A DNA stretch of 28,492 bases from Candidatus Methylomirabilia bacterium. GTDB taxonomy: Bacteria > Methylomirabilota > Methylomirabilia > Rokubacteriales > CSP1-6. This document shows positions 1 through 11,103 of the stretch, piece by piece (within the stretch, counting starts at the first letter, position 1; every line of letters begins with the position of its first letter). The position numbers and the translations under genes were made by a program. The stretch spans positions 1 to 28,492 of the forward strand of contig JBHIBG010000032.1 in NCBI GenBank assembly GCA_046758965.1, read 5' to 3'. Under the pieces are notes generated by a model. It did no database searches. It was not told the origin of the DNA and saw only the letters and a program-made list of their open reading frames with translations.

Positions 1-791
<791 letters not shown>

Positions 792-861
792 TGCTGCCCC
801 CCTACCCCCTCCTGCCGCCCGACCGGGCCAGTTCGCCCGTCGCGACAGGAGCTTCGGGCCC

Positions 862-867
862 ATTATA
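862..867 (-). promoter_or_regulatory. Candidate sigma70 -10 box (TATAAT) for clpC
   Basis: Perfect TATAAT on the minus strand in GC-rich intergenic DNA, ~70 nt upstream of the clpC start; no good -35. Confidence 0.5.
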
Positions 868-897
868 CCCAAACGCAGACCCGCTTCCTAGCCTTTT

Positions 898-1779
898 CTA
901 GACCCCCGGAATCGGAGTGCCTTCCTGTTGGACAAGCTCCCGGTATGCTTTGATCAACCGCTGCGTGATCTGTCCGGGGACCCCGGAGCCAATCTGACGG
1001 CCGTCCACGCGGACCACCGGCACGACCTCGGCCCCGGTTCCGGTGAGGACGCACTCCTCAGCGTTGTAGAGGGTGTGACGGGTGAAGAGCCGCTCGTCCA
1101 CCGGGATGCCCTCTCGCCGCGCGAGCTCCACCACCGTGTTGCGGGTCACGCCCACGAGGATCCCGACGATGGCCGGCGGGGTCACCAACGTCCCCTTCTC
1201 CACGATGAAGATATTGTCGGCGGTGGCTTCGGCCACATACCCGTCGTGGGAGAGCATGAGGCCTTCCGGCATTCCCGCTCGGTTGACTTCCAGGCGGGCC
1301 ATAATCTGATTCAGGTAGTTTAGCGATTTGATGTTGGGATTCAACGCTTCGTGAATATTCTTTCGAACGCTCGTGGTCACGATCTCCATTCCACGCTCGT
1401 ACAGCTCTTTCGGGTAGAGGGAGATCACGTCGGTGATGATGATGACCGAAGGCTTCGTGCACTTTGCCGGATCAAGCCCCAGGTCCCCGACGCCGCGGGT
1501 CACAACGAGCCGAATGTAGGCGTCTCGGAGGCCATTCACCCGGAGGGTTTCGAGCAGAGCGGCCCGCAACTCGTCGCGGCTCAGAGGGATCTGGAGCTGG
1601 ATGGTCTGCGCCCCCTGCCACAGCCGATCGAGGTGCTCCTCCAGACGGAACACCCTGCCGTTGTACGCGCGGATCCCCTCGAAGACACCGTCCCCATAGA
1701 GAAAGCCGTGGTCCAACACTGAGACTTTGGCCTCCTCCTTGGGGAAGAGGCTTCCGTCGATCCAATATCTTAGCCCCAT
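898..1779 (-). CDS. ilvE: Branched-chain amino acid aminotransferase (PLP fold IV)
   Basis: DHGFLYGDGVFEGIRAY, YIRLVVTRG, catalytic Lys in IKSLNY, ILVGVTR, GTGAEVVPV. Start moved to ATG 1779, which has GAGGAGG 6 nt upstream. Confidence 0.93.
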   Translation of the reverse strand: MGLRYWIDGSLFPKEEAKVSVLDHGFLYGDGVFEGIRAYNGRVFRLEEHLDRLWQGAQTIQLQIPLSRDELRAALLETLRVNGLRDAYIRLVVTRGVGDLGLDPAKCTKPSVIIITDVISLYPKELYERGMEIVTTSVRKNIHEALNPNIKSLNYLNQIMARLEVNRAGMPEGLMLSHDGYVAEATADNIFIVEKGTLVTPPAIVGILVGVTRNTVVELARREGIPVDERLFTRHTLYNAEECVLTGTGAEVVPVVRVDGRQIGSGVPGQITQRLIKAYRELVQQEGTPIPGV

Positions 1780-1939
1780 TCCCATCCTCCTCTTCGGCGA
1801 GGCGACTTCCCGCGACCGGCGCCAACCTCGCTCCCCGGTACTCGGGCGCCGGGCCCGTTCCGGCTGAGCGGGTGCCCGGTGGCGCGGCGTGATACGCCGA
1901 CGTTGCGGCCTGTGCCGCGCGCGCCCACTCACCGGCGGG

Positions 1940-2620
1940 TTACGTCCACGGCACGGTTCGACCGTCCACCAAACGGTACCTGCGATCGACCTTTCGCGCC
2001 AGCTCGTGGTTGTGGGTGGCGAGGACGAAGGTCAGCCCTCGCTCGGCCTGAAGCCTGAGAAAGAGGTCGAGGATGACCTCACTCGTCTTTGGGTCAAGGT
2101 TGCCCGTAGGCTCGTCAGCGAGAATCATCCGAGGCTGCCCCGCCAAGGCCCGCGCGATGGCGACCCGCTGCTGCTCTCCGCCTGAGAGCTCGCCCGGTTT
2201 GTGCCTCTGTCGGTCCCCGAGGCCGACCTCGCTCAGGGCCTCGGCGGCTCGATGCCGCACCTCCACAAAAGGTCGGCGTTGCAAGAGCGCCGGGAGCATG
2301 GCGTTTTCCAATGCCGTCATCTCTCCCAGCAGGTTGTAGAACTGGAAGATGAAGCCCACCTCGGTGCGGCGGAAGCGAGCGAGCTCGCTTTCGGACCGCG
2401 CGAAGAGATCCTCGCCGTCCACGAGGACCGTGCCGGCGGTGGGCCGGTCCAGCGCCCCCAACAGGTACAAGAGGGTGGACTTGCCGACGCCTGAGGCGCC
2501 GACCAGTGCGACCGCCTCCCCGGCCTTGACCGTGAGGTTCACGCCCGAGAGCACCCGAACCGGCTCGGGGCCGCTCCGGTACTCCTTTTCCAGCTGTCGC
2601 GCCTCGAGGAGGTCACTCAT
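1940..2620 (-). CDS. lolD: Lipoprotein-releasing ABC transporter ATP-binding protein
   Basis: [43 protein letters not shown]; follows a LolC/E permease. Start at ATG 2620 overlaps the permease stop. Confidence 0.9.
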   Translation of the reverse strand: MSDLLEARQLEKEYRSGPEPVRVLSGVNLTVKAGEAVALVGASGVGKSTLLYLLGALDRPTAGTVLVDGEDLFARSESELARFRRTEVGFIFQFYNLLGEMTALENAMLPALLQRRPFVEVRHRAAEALSEVGLGDRQRHKPGELSGGEQQRVAIARALAGQPRMILADEPTGNLDPKTSEVILDLFLRLQAERGLTFVLATHNHELARKVDRRYRLVDGRTVPWT

Positions 2621-3857
2621 AGCGAAGCACCTCGGCTGGCGCCAAGGCAGCGGCCCGTCGGGCCGGCGGCAGAGTGGCGAGGAACGAGATGAGAAGGGTC
2701 GCGCCAACCACCAGCGCGAAGTCGAGCGCGGTGAGCTTCATAGGGAGATGGTCGATCTGATAGACGTCGCCTGCGAGGCGAATGATCTGGTAGGTGTTCT
2801 GAAGCCAGATGAGTGTCCACCCAACCACGCTGCCCGCGACGGTCCCGACGAGCCCGATCAGCATCCCCACCGCGAGGAAGATTGCGGCGATGCTCCTCGT
2901 CGACGCCCCCATGGCCTTGAGGATCCCGATCTCCTTTCGCTTCTCGGCCACCAGCAGCACTAGGTGGCCGATGATGGCAAAGGCCGCCACCAGAATAATG
3001 ATGGTCACGATCACGAAGAGGGCAAGCTTCTCGAGCTGGAGGGCGGAGAAGAGGCTCCGGTTCATCTCCATCCAGTCACGGATCCAGTAGGAGGGGTCGA
3101 GGCGGGTGGCGATCGCCTCTCCCACCGCTTTGGCGTTGAAGGGGTCGTGGAGCTTGATCTCAATCCCGGTGACTCGCTCGCCCATCCCGGCAAACTCCTG
3201 GGCCGCCGGGAGGGGCACGTAGGCGAGCGAGGCATCATACTCGTACATTCCGGCGTGAGAAATGCCGGCAACCGTGAAGCGCCGCATCTTCGGAACCATC
3301 CCGACAGCGGTCAGCGCCCCTTGGGGCGAGATCACTGTGACCGCGTCGCCCAGGGCGACACCGAGCGTTCGGGCCAGCTCGCGTCCCAGAACGATCCCCG
3401 GGGCGCGCCCGGGGCGGCTCAGCTCCTCGAACCCTCCCAGGGTGAGCTGACGAGCGAGGTCCTCCCGCACCTTCGGGTGGGAGAGATCCGCGCCCCGGAG
3501 CAAGCCGCCGGTGGCCCCGCCGCCCTGGACCGTGAACAGCGCTTGCTGGACTACGAACGGAGCCGCTGACTTCACCCCCTCCAGATCCTGCAGGCGGCGA
3601 GCCAGGGCTTCGAAGTCGCTCACTCCACTCCCGCTACCGTCGAAGATCAGGATGTGCGGGTTGGCGCCGATGATCTTCTCCTTGATGCCATCCTGAAAGC
3701 CGGTCATCACAGCCAGGACCACGATCAAGGCCGTCACGCCGAGGAATACCCCACCAATGCCGATCCAGGCAAAGAGCGAGAGGTTGGCCCGCTTGCCCCG
3801 GGATCGGAGATAGCGGAGGCCGATGAACAGCTCGAAGGGAAGCTTTGCGCTCGCCAT
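2613..3857 (-). CDS. lolC: Lipoprotein-releasing ABC transporter permease LolC/LolE family
   Basis: ELFIGLRYLRS N-terminus, ALIVVLAVMTGFQ TM1, large periplasmic domain, EKRKEIGILKAMGA, YQIDHLP, C-terminal PAEVLRYE. Only one permease gene is present. Confidence 0.88.
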   Translation of the reverse strand: MASAKLPFELFIGLRYLRSRGKRANLSLFAWIGIGGVFLGVTALIVVLAVMTGFQDGIKEKIIGANPHILIFDGSGSGVSDFEALARRLQDLEGVKSAAPFVVQQALFTVQGGGATGGLLRGADLSHPKVREDLARQLTLGGFEELSRPGRAPGIVLGRELARTLGVALGDAVTVISPQGALTAVGMVPKMRRFTVAGISHAGMYEYDASLAYVPLPAAQEFAGMGERVTGIEIKLHDPFNAKAVGEAIATRLDPSYWIRDWMEMNRSLFSALQLEKLALFVIVTIIILVAAFAIIGHLVLLVAEKRKEIGILKAMGASTRSIAAIFLAVGMLIGLVGTVAGSVVGWTLIWLQNTYQIIRLAGDVYQIDHLPMKLTALDFALVVGATLLISFLATLPPARRAAALAPAEVLRYE

Positions 3858-5368
3858 CAGGCGTCCTCGGGCCCAGCGCTTCCTCTCTGGCGCGGCGCGG
3901 GACGGAGGAGCGGGAACAGGATCACATCCCGGATCGATGGCTGGTCGGCGAAAATCATCGTCAGCCGGTCAATGCCGATCCCCTCCCCCGCCGTGGGCGG
4001 CATGCCGTATTCCAGGGCCCGGAGAAAGTCCTCGTCCAGCCAGTGGGCTTCTTCATCTCCCCGCTCGCGCGCTTCGGCCTGCTCTAAGAAGCGGGCGCGC
4101 TGCTCCTCAGGATCATTGAGCTCGGTGTAGGCATTCGCCAGCTCGGTACGGGCGATGAACAGCTCGAAGCGGTCGGCCAAGAGGGGGTTCTCGCCCTTTC
4201 GTTTGGAGAGTGGAGACAGCTCGATGGGAAAGTCCACGACGAAGGTGGGCTGCACAAGCGTCGGCTCGACGAGAGCCTCGAATAGGGCCTTCCAGTGAGT
4301 GGCCCGGGTCGCGGCAGGCTCCCCGTGGACCACCCGTCCGTGCGCTGGCCCGCGGATAAGCTCCCGAGGGTCGGTCTCGGGTTTCACCTCGACGCGAAGG
4401 GCTTCAGCGATCCCCTCGTGGAACCGAAGCCGACGCCACGGAGGGGCCAGATCAATGGTCTCCCCCTGATAGGTGATCCGACCCCCCCCTTTCAGGGAAT
4501 CGGCGAGGTGGAGAACAAGGGCCTCGGTCAGCTCCATCAAGTCGCCGAAGTCGGCGTAGGCCTGGTAGAACTCCAGCATGGTGAACTCGGGGTTGTGTTG
4601 CGTCGACACTCCCTCGTTCCGAAAATTCCGGTTGATCTCATAGACGCGGTCGAAGCCCCCGACCACGAGACGCTTGAGATAGAGCTCGGGGGCGACCCGG
4701 AGGTAGAGTTTGAGATTCAAGGCATTGTGGTCTGTCGTAAACGGCCGGGCAGCGGCGCCGCCGGGGATCGGGTGCATCATCGGGGTTTCCACCTCCACAA
4801 AACCCCTGGCGTCCAGAAACGCCCTGATGAGCTGGGTCAGGCGGCTCTTCAGGATGAACACCTCTCTCACCTCCGGGTTCACCAGGAGGTCGACATACCG
4901 CTGGCGGTAGCGGGTCTCCACATCCCTAAGTCCGTGCCATTTCTCGGGGAGGGGGCGGAGCGATTTGGCGAGGAAGGCGAAGGACTTGACCGCGACAGTC
5001 AGCTCTCCCGTCCGGGTCCTGAAGAGCTCCCCGGTCACGCCCAGGAAATCCCCGACGTCCAGTTCGGTAAACAGCGTGTAGCTGTCGGCAAGCTGGTCCG
5101 CCCTAGCGTACAGTTGGATCTGGCCGGTATACTCGCGAAGGTGGGCGAAGCAGGTTTTCCCGTGGTGCCGGAGCGCCATGATCCGACCGGCGAGGCTCAC
5201 CGTGCCCCAGTTCTTGAGCTCGTCCTCGCTCGCCGCGGTCCGGAGACGCTCGAAGTCGCGCACCCAGTGGGTGACAGGAAAGCGGAATCCAAAGGGGTCG
5301 ACTCCCTGCGCCTTCAAGGCCCGGAGCTTCTCGGAGCGACGCCGGATCAGTTCGTTCACGTCATCCAC
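3857..5368 (-). CDS. lysS: Lysine--tRNA ligase (class II)
   Basis: [81 protein letters not shown]. Start set at GTG 5368 with GAGGTG SD upstream. Confidence 0.95.
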   Translation of the reverse strand: MDDVNELIRRRSEKLRALKAQGVDPFGFRFPVTHWVRDFERLRTAASEDELKNWGTVSLAGRIMALRHHGKTCFAHLREYTGQIQLYARADQLADSYTLFTELDVGDFLGVTGELFRTRTGELTVAVKSFAFLAKSLRPLPEKWHGLRDVETRYRQRYVDLLVNPEVREVFILKSRLTQLIRAFLDARGFVEVETPMMHPIPGGAAARPFTTDHNALNLKLYLRVAPELYLKRLVVGGFDRVYEINRNFRNEGVSTQHNPEFTMLEFYQAYADFGDLMELTEALVLHLADSLKGGGRITYQGETIDLAPPWRRLRFHEGIAEALRVEVKPETDPRELIRGPAHGRVVHGEPAATRATHWKALFEALVEPTLVQPTFVVDFPIELSPLSKRKGENPLLADRFELFIARTELANAYTELNDPEEQRARFLEQAEARERGDEEAHWLDEDFLRALEYGMPPTAGEGIGIDRLTMIFADQPSIRDVILFPLLRPAPRQRGSAGPEDA

Positions 5369-5453
5369 GGCTCGATTCACCTCGGGGGAAGCTCTCTGAC
5401 ACGGCATGCGGCCGAGCCGCCAAGGGGTTTCCGTGGCAGCGCTCCTCCGCGCG

Positions 5454-6552
5454 CTACGCCGCGCCCCCGGCGAGCAGATAGGCTTTAATGAAGGGGTCCA
5501 GGTCACCGTCCATGACAGCTTCCACGTTCCCGACCTCGAGCCCCGTTCTGTGATCCTTGATGAGCTGGTAGGGGTGAAAGATGTAGGATCGGATCTGGCT
5601 GCCGAAGGCGATCTCCTTCTTCTCCCCGGTCAGCTCGGCCAGCTCCTCGCGCTGCTTCTTCTCATAGAGCTGATAGAGCCGGGCCCGGAGAATCCGGAGC
5701 GCGGTGTCGCGGTTCCGGAGTTGAGAGCGCTCGTTCTGACACTGAACGACGATCCCTGTCTGGTAGTGGGTAATCCGGACAGCCGAGTCGGCCGTGTTGA
5801 CGCCCTGTCCACCAGGACCGGACGAGCGAAACACGTCGGTTCGAACATCGTCGTCTCTGATCACCACCTCCACGTCCTCGACCTCCGGGATGACCGAGAC
5901 AGAGGCAAAGGAGGTGTGGCGCCGGCGGGAGGCGTCAAACGGGGAGATCCTGACGAGCCGGTGGACGCCCGCCTCCCCTTTGAGGTAGCCGTACGCGTAC
6001 TCGCCGCTGATTTCGATGGTGGCCGACTTGATTCCCGCTTCCTCGCCCGGGAGCAGGTCGACCACCTCGGCGCTGTAGCCGGCGCGCTCGGCCCATCGAA
6101 GGTACATCCGCATCAGCGTCTGCGCCCAGTCCTGAGACTCGGTCCCCCCCGCGCCGGGGTGGATGGAGACAACCGCGGTCTTCGCGTCATGGGGCCCGGA
6201 CAGGATAACCTTCAGCTCGAAGTCGTCGAGGCCCTTCTGGAGACGGCCGAGGCCGCTTTCGAGCTCCGGGACTACACTTTGGTCCCCCTCCTCCGAGGCA
6301 AGCTCCCATAGCAGGCGGAGTTCCGCCACCTGCTTGGTCAGCTCCCCCCAGCGGCCCACCACACGAACAAGCCCCGAGCGCTCCTGGACCAGACCCTGGG
6401 CACGACGACTATCTTCCCAAAAGGACGGCGTGGCCATCTCCTGCTCGATCTGGCTGAGTCGGGCTTCCTTGACGGGGAGGTCAAAGATGCCCCCGTAGAT
6501 CGGCCAGTCGCCTTTCGAGATCGAGAAACTCCCGCTTCAGCTCACTGAGCAT
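5454..6552 (-). CDS. prfB: Peptide chain release factor 2, translated via a programmed +1 frameshift (join 6552-6484, 6482-5454; 365 aa)
   Basis: SPF anticodon-mimic motif (RISPFD) and GGQ motif (GPGGQGVN). Upstream 23-codon [26 protein letters not shown] starts at ATG 6552 (SD GAGGAG) and ends in CTT TGA C. Confidence 0.96.
6480..6495 (-). promoter_or_regulatory. prfB +1 frameshift signal (internal SD-like GGGGG plus slippery CTT TGA C)
   Basis: Minus strand reads CGG GGG CAT CTT TGA C, versus the E. coli signal AGG GGG TAT CTT TGA C. Confidence 0.93.
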
Positions 6553-6555
6553 CGG

Positions 6556-8121
6556 TTACTCCTCGGACCCCTTTTCGTCGGCGGGTCTCACCGAGGCCCA
6601 TGGCCGCCAGCACCCCAAGCACCCTGCCAGGATGGCAAGGGCGATACAGGTGTACGCGAAGACGTCCCCGTACCGCGTGTAGAATGTGCGGCGTGTCCTG
6701 AGAGGGAGCTGAGCTTCGATGGTCCCGCGACGGAACAGGCCCAACGACTGGCGGATCTGGCCGCTCGGGGCGATGATGGCTGACACCCCGGTGTTGGCGG
6801 CGCGGGCGATCGCGACACGGTTCTCCACAGCCCGGAGCGGCAGTACGGCCAGATGCTGCCACGGCCCGCCGGTCGTCCCAAACCAGGCATCGTTCGTGAT
6901 ATTCACCATGAACTCCGCTCCCCCCTTAACGAACTGGCGGAACAGCTCGGGAAAGAGCCCCTCGTAACAGATCACCACCCCGAAGGGTGCCCGTCCATCC
7001 CCGAACACCACCGGGTGGCGGCCAGCCGCGAAGTCGGAGATGAACTCCGCCCACCCCCGAACAAACCCGAGGAGCCGGGAGAGCGGCACGTACTCGCCGA
7101 ACGGAACAAGGTGCATTTTATCATACTTGGCCCCAATCCCTTGTTTTGTCACGAGAAATGCGCTGTTGAGAGGGAGGCCGTCACCCGCCTGGCCGCTGTC
7201 CACGGACCCCAGGAGCACGGGGGCCCTGATCTCCCCGGCCAGGGCACGAACTCGGGCCAGGGTGGCGGGGTCCCGCCGGAGGAAGATGGGCGCTGCAGTC
7301 TCCGGCCAGACTACGAGGGCCGGAGAGACCTCCGCCGCTTTCAGGGTCAACGCTCGATAGATTCCCAGGCTCTTATCCAGAAGCTCAGGATCCCACTTTT
7401 GCGCTTGGTCGATGGAGGGTTGAACCACCACCACCCGGAGTCTCCCGGTCTCCGGAGACGGGAGGAGCTGCCAGCCAAACGTGACAGTCGCGAGGAGGAG
7501 CGCCGCCAGCGCTACCTGGCCACCCCACGCCCGCCGCCAGCTCAGGGCTGCCGCGGCCGCCAGGGCCGCGTTGGTGCCGGCGATCAGGAATGACACGCCA
7601 TAGACCCCGGTCCATTCAGCCACCTGAATCACCGGCAGGACGGAGGCCTGGGAATAGCCGAGGAGACCCCAGGGAAATCCCGACAACAGGTGACCCCTCA
7701 GCCACTCTGCGGCGACCCAGAGAACCGGTGCGCTCGCAAGAGCCCATCCTGTCCCGACGCGGGTTCCAAGCCAGCTCACGGCCGCCGCCACCAGCCCCGT
7801 GTACAGCGCGCAGTAGCCTGCCAACCCCAGGAGGGGGAGCCAGGTGATCGGCCAGGGGATCAGACTGTATGTCTGGAAGGTGTAGTCAAGCCAGCGCAGC
7901 AGCAGGATGAAGAAGGTGAGCCCGTGTATCCAGCCATCAGCAAAGGCTTGCCATGGCGACCGCCTCATGGCGCAGGCAAAGACCGGGGCCAACGAGACCC
8001 AGATCAGCAGATGCCAGTCAGTCTGCGGGTAGGCGAGATGGCCAAGGGCGGCCGAAGCGACGAGGAGTGGAACCCTGGCCTTGGCCCGCGTCAGCAGAGC
8101 CAGCCGGAGATCAGAGGCCAT
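6556..8121 (-). CDS. lnt: Apolipoprotein N-acyltransferase
   Basis: N-terminal TM helices, GFPWGLLGYSQ, nitrilase triad in WPETA / YDKMHLVPFGEY / VICYE, NITNDAWFG, RAANTGVS. Confidence 0.95.
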   Translation of the reverse strand: MASDLRLALLTRAKARVPLLVASAALGHLAYPQTDWHLLIWVSLAPVFACAMRRSPWQAFADGWIHGLTFFILLLRWLDYTFQTYSLIPWPITWLPLLGLAGYCALYTGLVAAAVSWLGTRVGTGWALASAPVLWVAAEWLRGHLLSGFPWGLLGYSQASVLPVIQVAEWTGVYGVSFLIAGTNAALAAAAALSWRRAWGGQVALAALLLATVTFGWQLLPSPETGRLRVVVVQPSIDQAQKWDPELLDKSLGIYRALTLKAAEVSPALVVWPETAAPIFLRRDPATLARVRALAGEIRAPVLLGSVDSGQAGDGLPLNSAFLVTKQGIGAKYDKMHLVPFGEYVPLSRLLGFVRGWAEFISDFAAGRHPVVFGDGRAPFGVVICYEGLFPELFRQFVKGGAEFMVNITNDAWFGTTGGPWQHLAVLPLRAVENRVAIARAANTGVSAIIAPSGQIRQSLGLFRRGTIEAQLPLRTRRTFYTRYGDVFAYTCIALAILAGCLGCWRPWASVRPADEKGSEE

Positions 8122-8839
8122 GACTCAGCCGCTCGCCGAGGATGCGCGGAAGCCCGGATCGGTAGATCTTGAGCTGGGTGGTGTGGACGTCGTATCCCAC
8201 CCGGTGGATGGTCACGCGAGAGGTCTTGAGATCCCACAGCGCGTAAGCCGCGCGTGAGTCCCGATCCCGAGGCTGGCCCACGCTCCCTACGTTGACGATG
8301 TACCGGTGGCCCGGCTCGCAGGTCACGCCCTCGGAACCCGCGAGGAAGCGGTACCCGTTACTCCCCTGAGCCCAAACCCCCGGGCGATGGGAGTGGCCGA
8401 CGAAGCAGAGACGGGTGGTAAAGCACTCAAAAGCCGTGAACCCGTCACGCGGGGTGAGCAGGTATTCCCACGCCTCGGGGTGCCGCGGGCTCGCGTGAAC
8501 CAAGGTGGCGTCGTGGAGTTCGGCCGTGAGAGGGAGTTCGGCCAGGTAGGCCCGCTCCTCATCGGAAAGTCGCTCGGCACTCCACTGGGCCGCAATCCGG
8601 GCCGCGGCGTTGAACCAGCCGAGGTCGAGCAAGCCGGCGCTTCCATGATCGTGGTTTCCCGCGACGAGCGCCGAGACCTCCCGACGGACACGCTCCAGGC
8701 ACGGCACCGGGTCGGCGCCATACCCCACCACGTCGCCCAGACAGAGCAAGCCGTCCACCCCCATGCGGGCCGAGTGGGCGAGCACTTGAGTGAGGGCTTC
8801 GAGGTTCCCGTGGATATCAGAGAGGACGGCGTAGCGGAT
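8111..8839 (-). CDS. Calcineurin-like metallophosphoesterase (YfcE/MJ0912-like); probable non-canonical ATC start
   Basis: Motifs SDIHGN (upstream of the ORF-track start at 8785), CLGDVVGYG, GNHD, HAS, GHSH, NVGSVGQPRD. In-frame reading from 8839 is I-R-Y-A-V-L-S-D-I-H-G-N-L-E-A-L. Confidence 0.85.
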   Translation of the reverse strand: MRYAVLSDIHGNLEALTQVLAHSARMGVDGLLCLGDVVGYGADPVPCLERVRREVSALVAGNHDHGSAGLLDLGWFNAAARIAAQWSAERLSDEERAYLAELPLTAELHDATLVHASPRHPEAWEYLLTPRDGFTAFECFTTRLCFVGHSHRPGVWAQGSNGYRFLAGSEGVTCEPGHRYIVNVGSVGQPRDRDSRAAYALWDLKTSRVTIHRVGYDVHTTQLKIYRSGLPRILGERLSHGL

Positions 8840-8857
8840 CTCGGGCCTCGATCGAGT

Positions 8858-9274
8858 TTAGGGCGCGGGTCGAAGCTCCCTCCGGATCCGGTCCAGTATG
8901 CCGTTAATGAATCGGCTGGACTCCTGAGTGCTGAACTTCTTGGCCACCTCCAGCGCCTCGTTGATCGCCACCTTGGAGGGGACTTCCGTAGTCCAGAGGA
9001 GCTCGAAGATCGCCACCCGGAGGATATTCCGGTCCACCACCGCCATTCTCTCGAGGGCCCAGTGCTGGGCGTACTGCGTGATCAACTCGTCGATTTTCGG
9101 TTGGTGCAATTTCGTCCCGAGCACAAGCGCTTCAGCAAAGGCGCGGACTTCGGGATCGACGGGATGTCGCCCCCAGAACGCCGGCAGATGGGGGCCCGGG
9201 TCTGACTCCCCCTGGAGGTCGAGCTGGTAGAGGAGCTGGAGCGAAACCTCCCGGGCCTTACGACGCTTGCCCAT
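8858..9274 (-). CDS. nusB: Transcription antitermination factor NusB
   Basis: RRKAREVSLQLLY, RMAVVDRNILR, VAINEALEVAKKFS, RFINGILD; directly follows ribH. Confidence 0.95.
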   Translation of the reverse strand: MGKRRKAREVSLQLLYQLDLQGESDPGPHLPAFWGRHPVDPEVRAFAEALVLGTKLHQPKIDELITQYAQHWALERMAVVDRNILRVAIFELLWTTEVPSKVAINEALEVAKKFSTQESSRFINGILDRIRRELRPAP

Positions 9275-9860
9275 GGCTCCGCACTAAGGTGCGCCGCCGG
9301 CCGCCCTTAATGCCTCCCCTGCGCGAACCCGCCCCTGTCTTTCTCAGCGAGGAACTCCGAGAGGTTCCACCCCGGGAGCTGGCGGAGGCCATGAACTCCG
9401 CCATTTCCAGCGCCGCCAGCGCCGCCTCCTCGCCCCGGTTGCCGAGAGCCCCGCCGGCCCTCTCCCAGGCTTGCTCCTCGCTGAATGCGGTCACGACTCC
9501 AAAGGTGATGGGAACGCCCGTGCTGAGGGCGACTTCTCTAATTCCCCCAGCGGCCTCGCGGGCGACGTGCTCGAAATGGGACGTCTGGCCTTTGATCACC
9601 ACCCCCAGGCATACCAGCGCACCGAAGCGGCGGTCCCCGGCCAGGCGAAGCGCGGCCTGGGGGAGCTCAAAGGAGCCGGGAACCCAGTACACCTCCACCG
9701 CCTCCGGAGGAACCCCCTGACTCCGGAACGCCTCCAGCGCCCCATCGAGCAGGCGCTTGGAGATCGTCTCGTGAAAGCGAGCGACGAGAATCCCGAAACG
9801 GTGGGACCTGTCCCGCCGCCCCTGGCGCCAGAGCTCCCGTCTCCGGGCCTTTCCCGCCAT
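9258..9860 (-). CDS. ribH: 6,7-dimethyl-8-ribityllumazine synthase
   Basis: FGILVARFH, WVPGSFELP, CLGVVIKGQTSHFEHV, PITFGVVT, QAWERAG, NRGEEAALAALEM; position in the rib operon. Confidence 0.93.
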   Translation of the reverse strand: MAGKARRRELWRQGRRDRSHRFGILVARFHETISKRLLDGALEAFRSQGVPPEAVEVYWVPGSFELPQAALRLAGDRRFGALVCLGVVIKGQTSHFEHVAREAAGGIREVALSTGVPITFGVVTAFSEEQAWERAGGALGNRGEEAALAALEMAEFMASASSRGGTSRSSSLRKTGAGSRRGGIKGGRRRTLVRSHGQAS

Positions 9861-9861
9861 C

Positions 9862-11103
9862 TCAGTCAGAACGCAGCGAGGAGAGGAAGTGGCCCAGCTT
9901 CTTCCGCTTGGTCTCGAGGTAGTGGCGGTTGTCGTCAGTGGCGGGAACCTCGATCGGCACTCGCTCGACCACCTCCAGACCGTACCCCCCCAACCCGACG
10001 ATCTTCTTCGGGTTGTTGGTCAAAAGCCGCATGCGCTTGACCCCAAGATCCACAAGAATCTGGGCGCCTATCCCATAGTCCCTGAGGTCTGCCTTGAAGC
10101 CAAGGGCGACGTTGGCCTCAACGGTGTCTTTGCCCTCGTCTTGGAGCTCGTAGGCGCGCATCTTGTTCAGAAGGCCGATCCCCCGCCCCTCTTGGCGCAT
10201 GTAGATAAGGACACCGCGCCCCTCCTGCTGGATGATGGACAGAGCTTTCTCAAGCTGCGATCCGCAGTCACAGCGCTTTGAGTGGAAGACATCCCCTGTG
10301 AGGCACTCGGAGTGGACCCGGACCAGCACGGGTGTCTCTCCCGACACATCTCCTGCGACCAGCGCCAAGGGGACCCGGTTATCTACCGTGGTTTCGTAGG
10401 CGATAGCGGTGAAGTCGCCGAGCTCCGTGGGTAGACCGGTTGCGGCTACCTGGTGGACCAGCTTCTCCTTGGTGATCCGGTACTCGATCAGCTCCCTGAT
10501 GGTGACGAGCTTAAAGTTGTGTGTGCGCGCCAGCTCCAAGAGCTGCGGGATCCGCGCCATCCTCCCGCTCTCGTCCATCACCTCGCAGATCACGCCGACC
10601 GGGGCCAAGCCCGCTAGCCGTGCCAGGTCCACGGCTGCTTCGGTATGACCGGCCCGCCGGAGCACGCCTCCCGGCATGGCTCGGAGGGGCAAGACGTGCC
10701 CCGGCCGCGCCAGATCCTCTGACCGGGTGCGCGGGTCCACCAGCGTCTTAATGGTTACCGCGCGGTCGTACGCCGAGGTCCCGGTGCTCACCCCTCGCCG
10801 AGCATCCACCGTGACCGTGAAGGCGGTGCCCATCGAGGCCGTGTTGTCCGCGACCATCATGCTGATGTGGAGGGCGTCGAGCCGCTCCCCTGCCATCGGC
10901 ACGCAGATCAGGCCTCGTCCGTGCTTGGTCATGAAGTTGACGGCCTCCGGGGTGACCTTCTCCGCAGCCATGACCAGGTCGCCCTCGTTCTCGCGCTCCT
11001 CGTCATCCACGACGACGAGGATCCGCCCGGCCCGGATCTCTTCGATGGCGGCCTCTATGCTCGCAAATTCGGGGGGCCTAGAGCGGTCTTGGCCTTCGAT
11101 CAC
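9862..11103 (-). CDS. ribBA: Bifunctional 3,4-dihydroxy-2-butanone-4-phosphate synthase / GTP cyclohydrolase II
   Basis: [40 protein letters not shown] (Zn ligands), [16 protein letters not shown]. Confidence 0.96.
   Translation of the reverse strand: MIEGQDRSRPPEFASIEAAIEEIRAGRILVVVDDEERENEGDLVMAAEKVTPEAVNFMTKHGRGLICVPMAGERLDALHISMMVADNTASMGTAFTVTVDARRGVSTGTSAYDRAVTIKTLVDPRTRSEDLARPGHVLPLRAMPGGVLRRAGHTEAAVDLARLAGLAPVGVICEVMDESGRMARIPQLLELARTHNFKLVTIRELIEYRITKEKLVHQVAATGLPTELGDFTAIAYETTVDNRVPLALVAGDVSGETPVLVRVHSECLTGDVFHSKRCDCGSQLEKALSIIQQEGRGVLIYMRQEGRGIGLLNKMRAYELQDEGKDTVEANVALGFKADLRDYGIGAQILVDLGVKRMRLLTNNPKKIVGLGGYGLEVVERVPIEVPATDDNRHYLETKRKKLGHFLSSLRSD

Noticed and set aside
1780..1932. 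N-terminal extensions given by the ORF track for ilvE (likewise lolD, lysS, ftsY, csp, recN)
   Set aside because: Low-complexity Arg/Pro-rich translations of intergenic or overlapping DNA; better starts with an SD or translational coupling exist downstream.
6481..6483. In-frame TGA as selenocysteine or a nonsense mutation
   Set aside because: Fully explained by the RF2 +1 frameshift signal.
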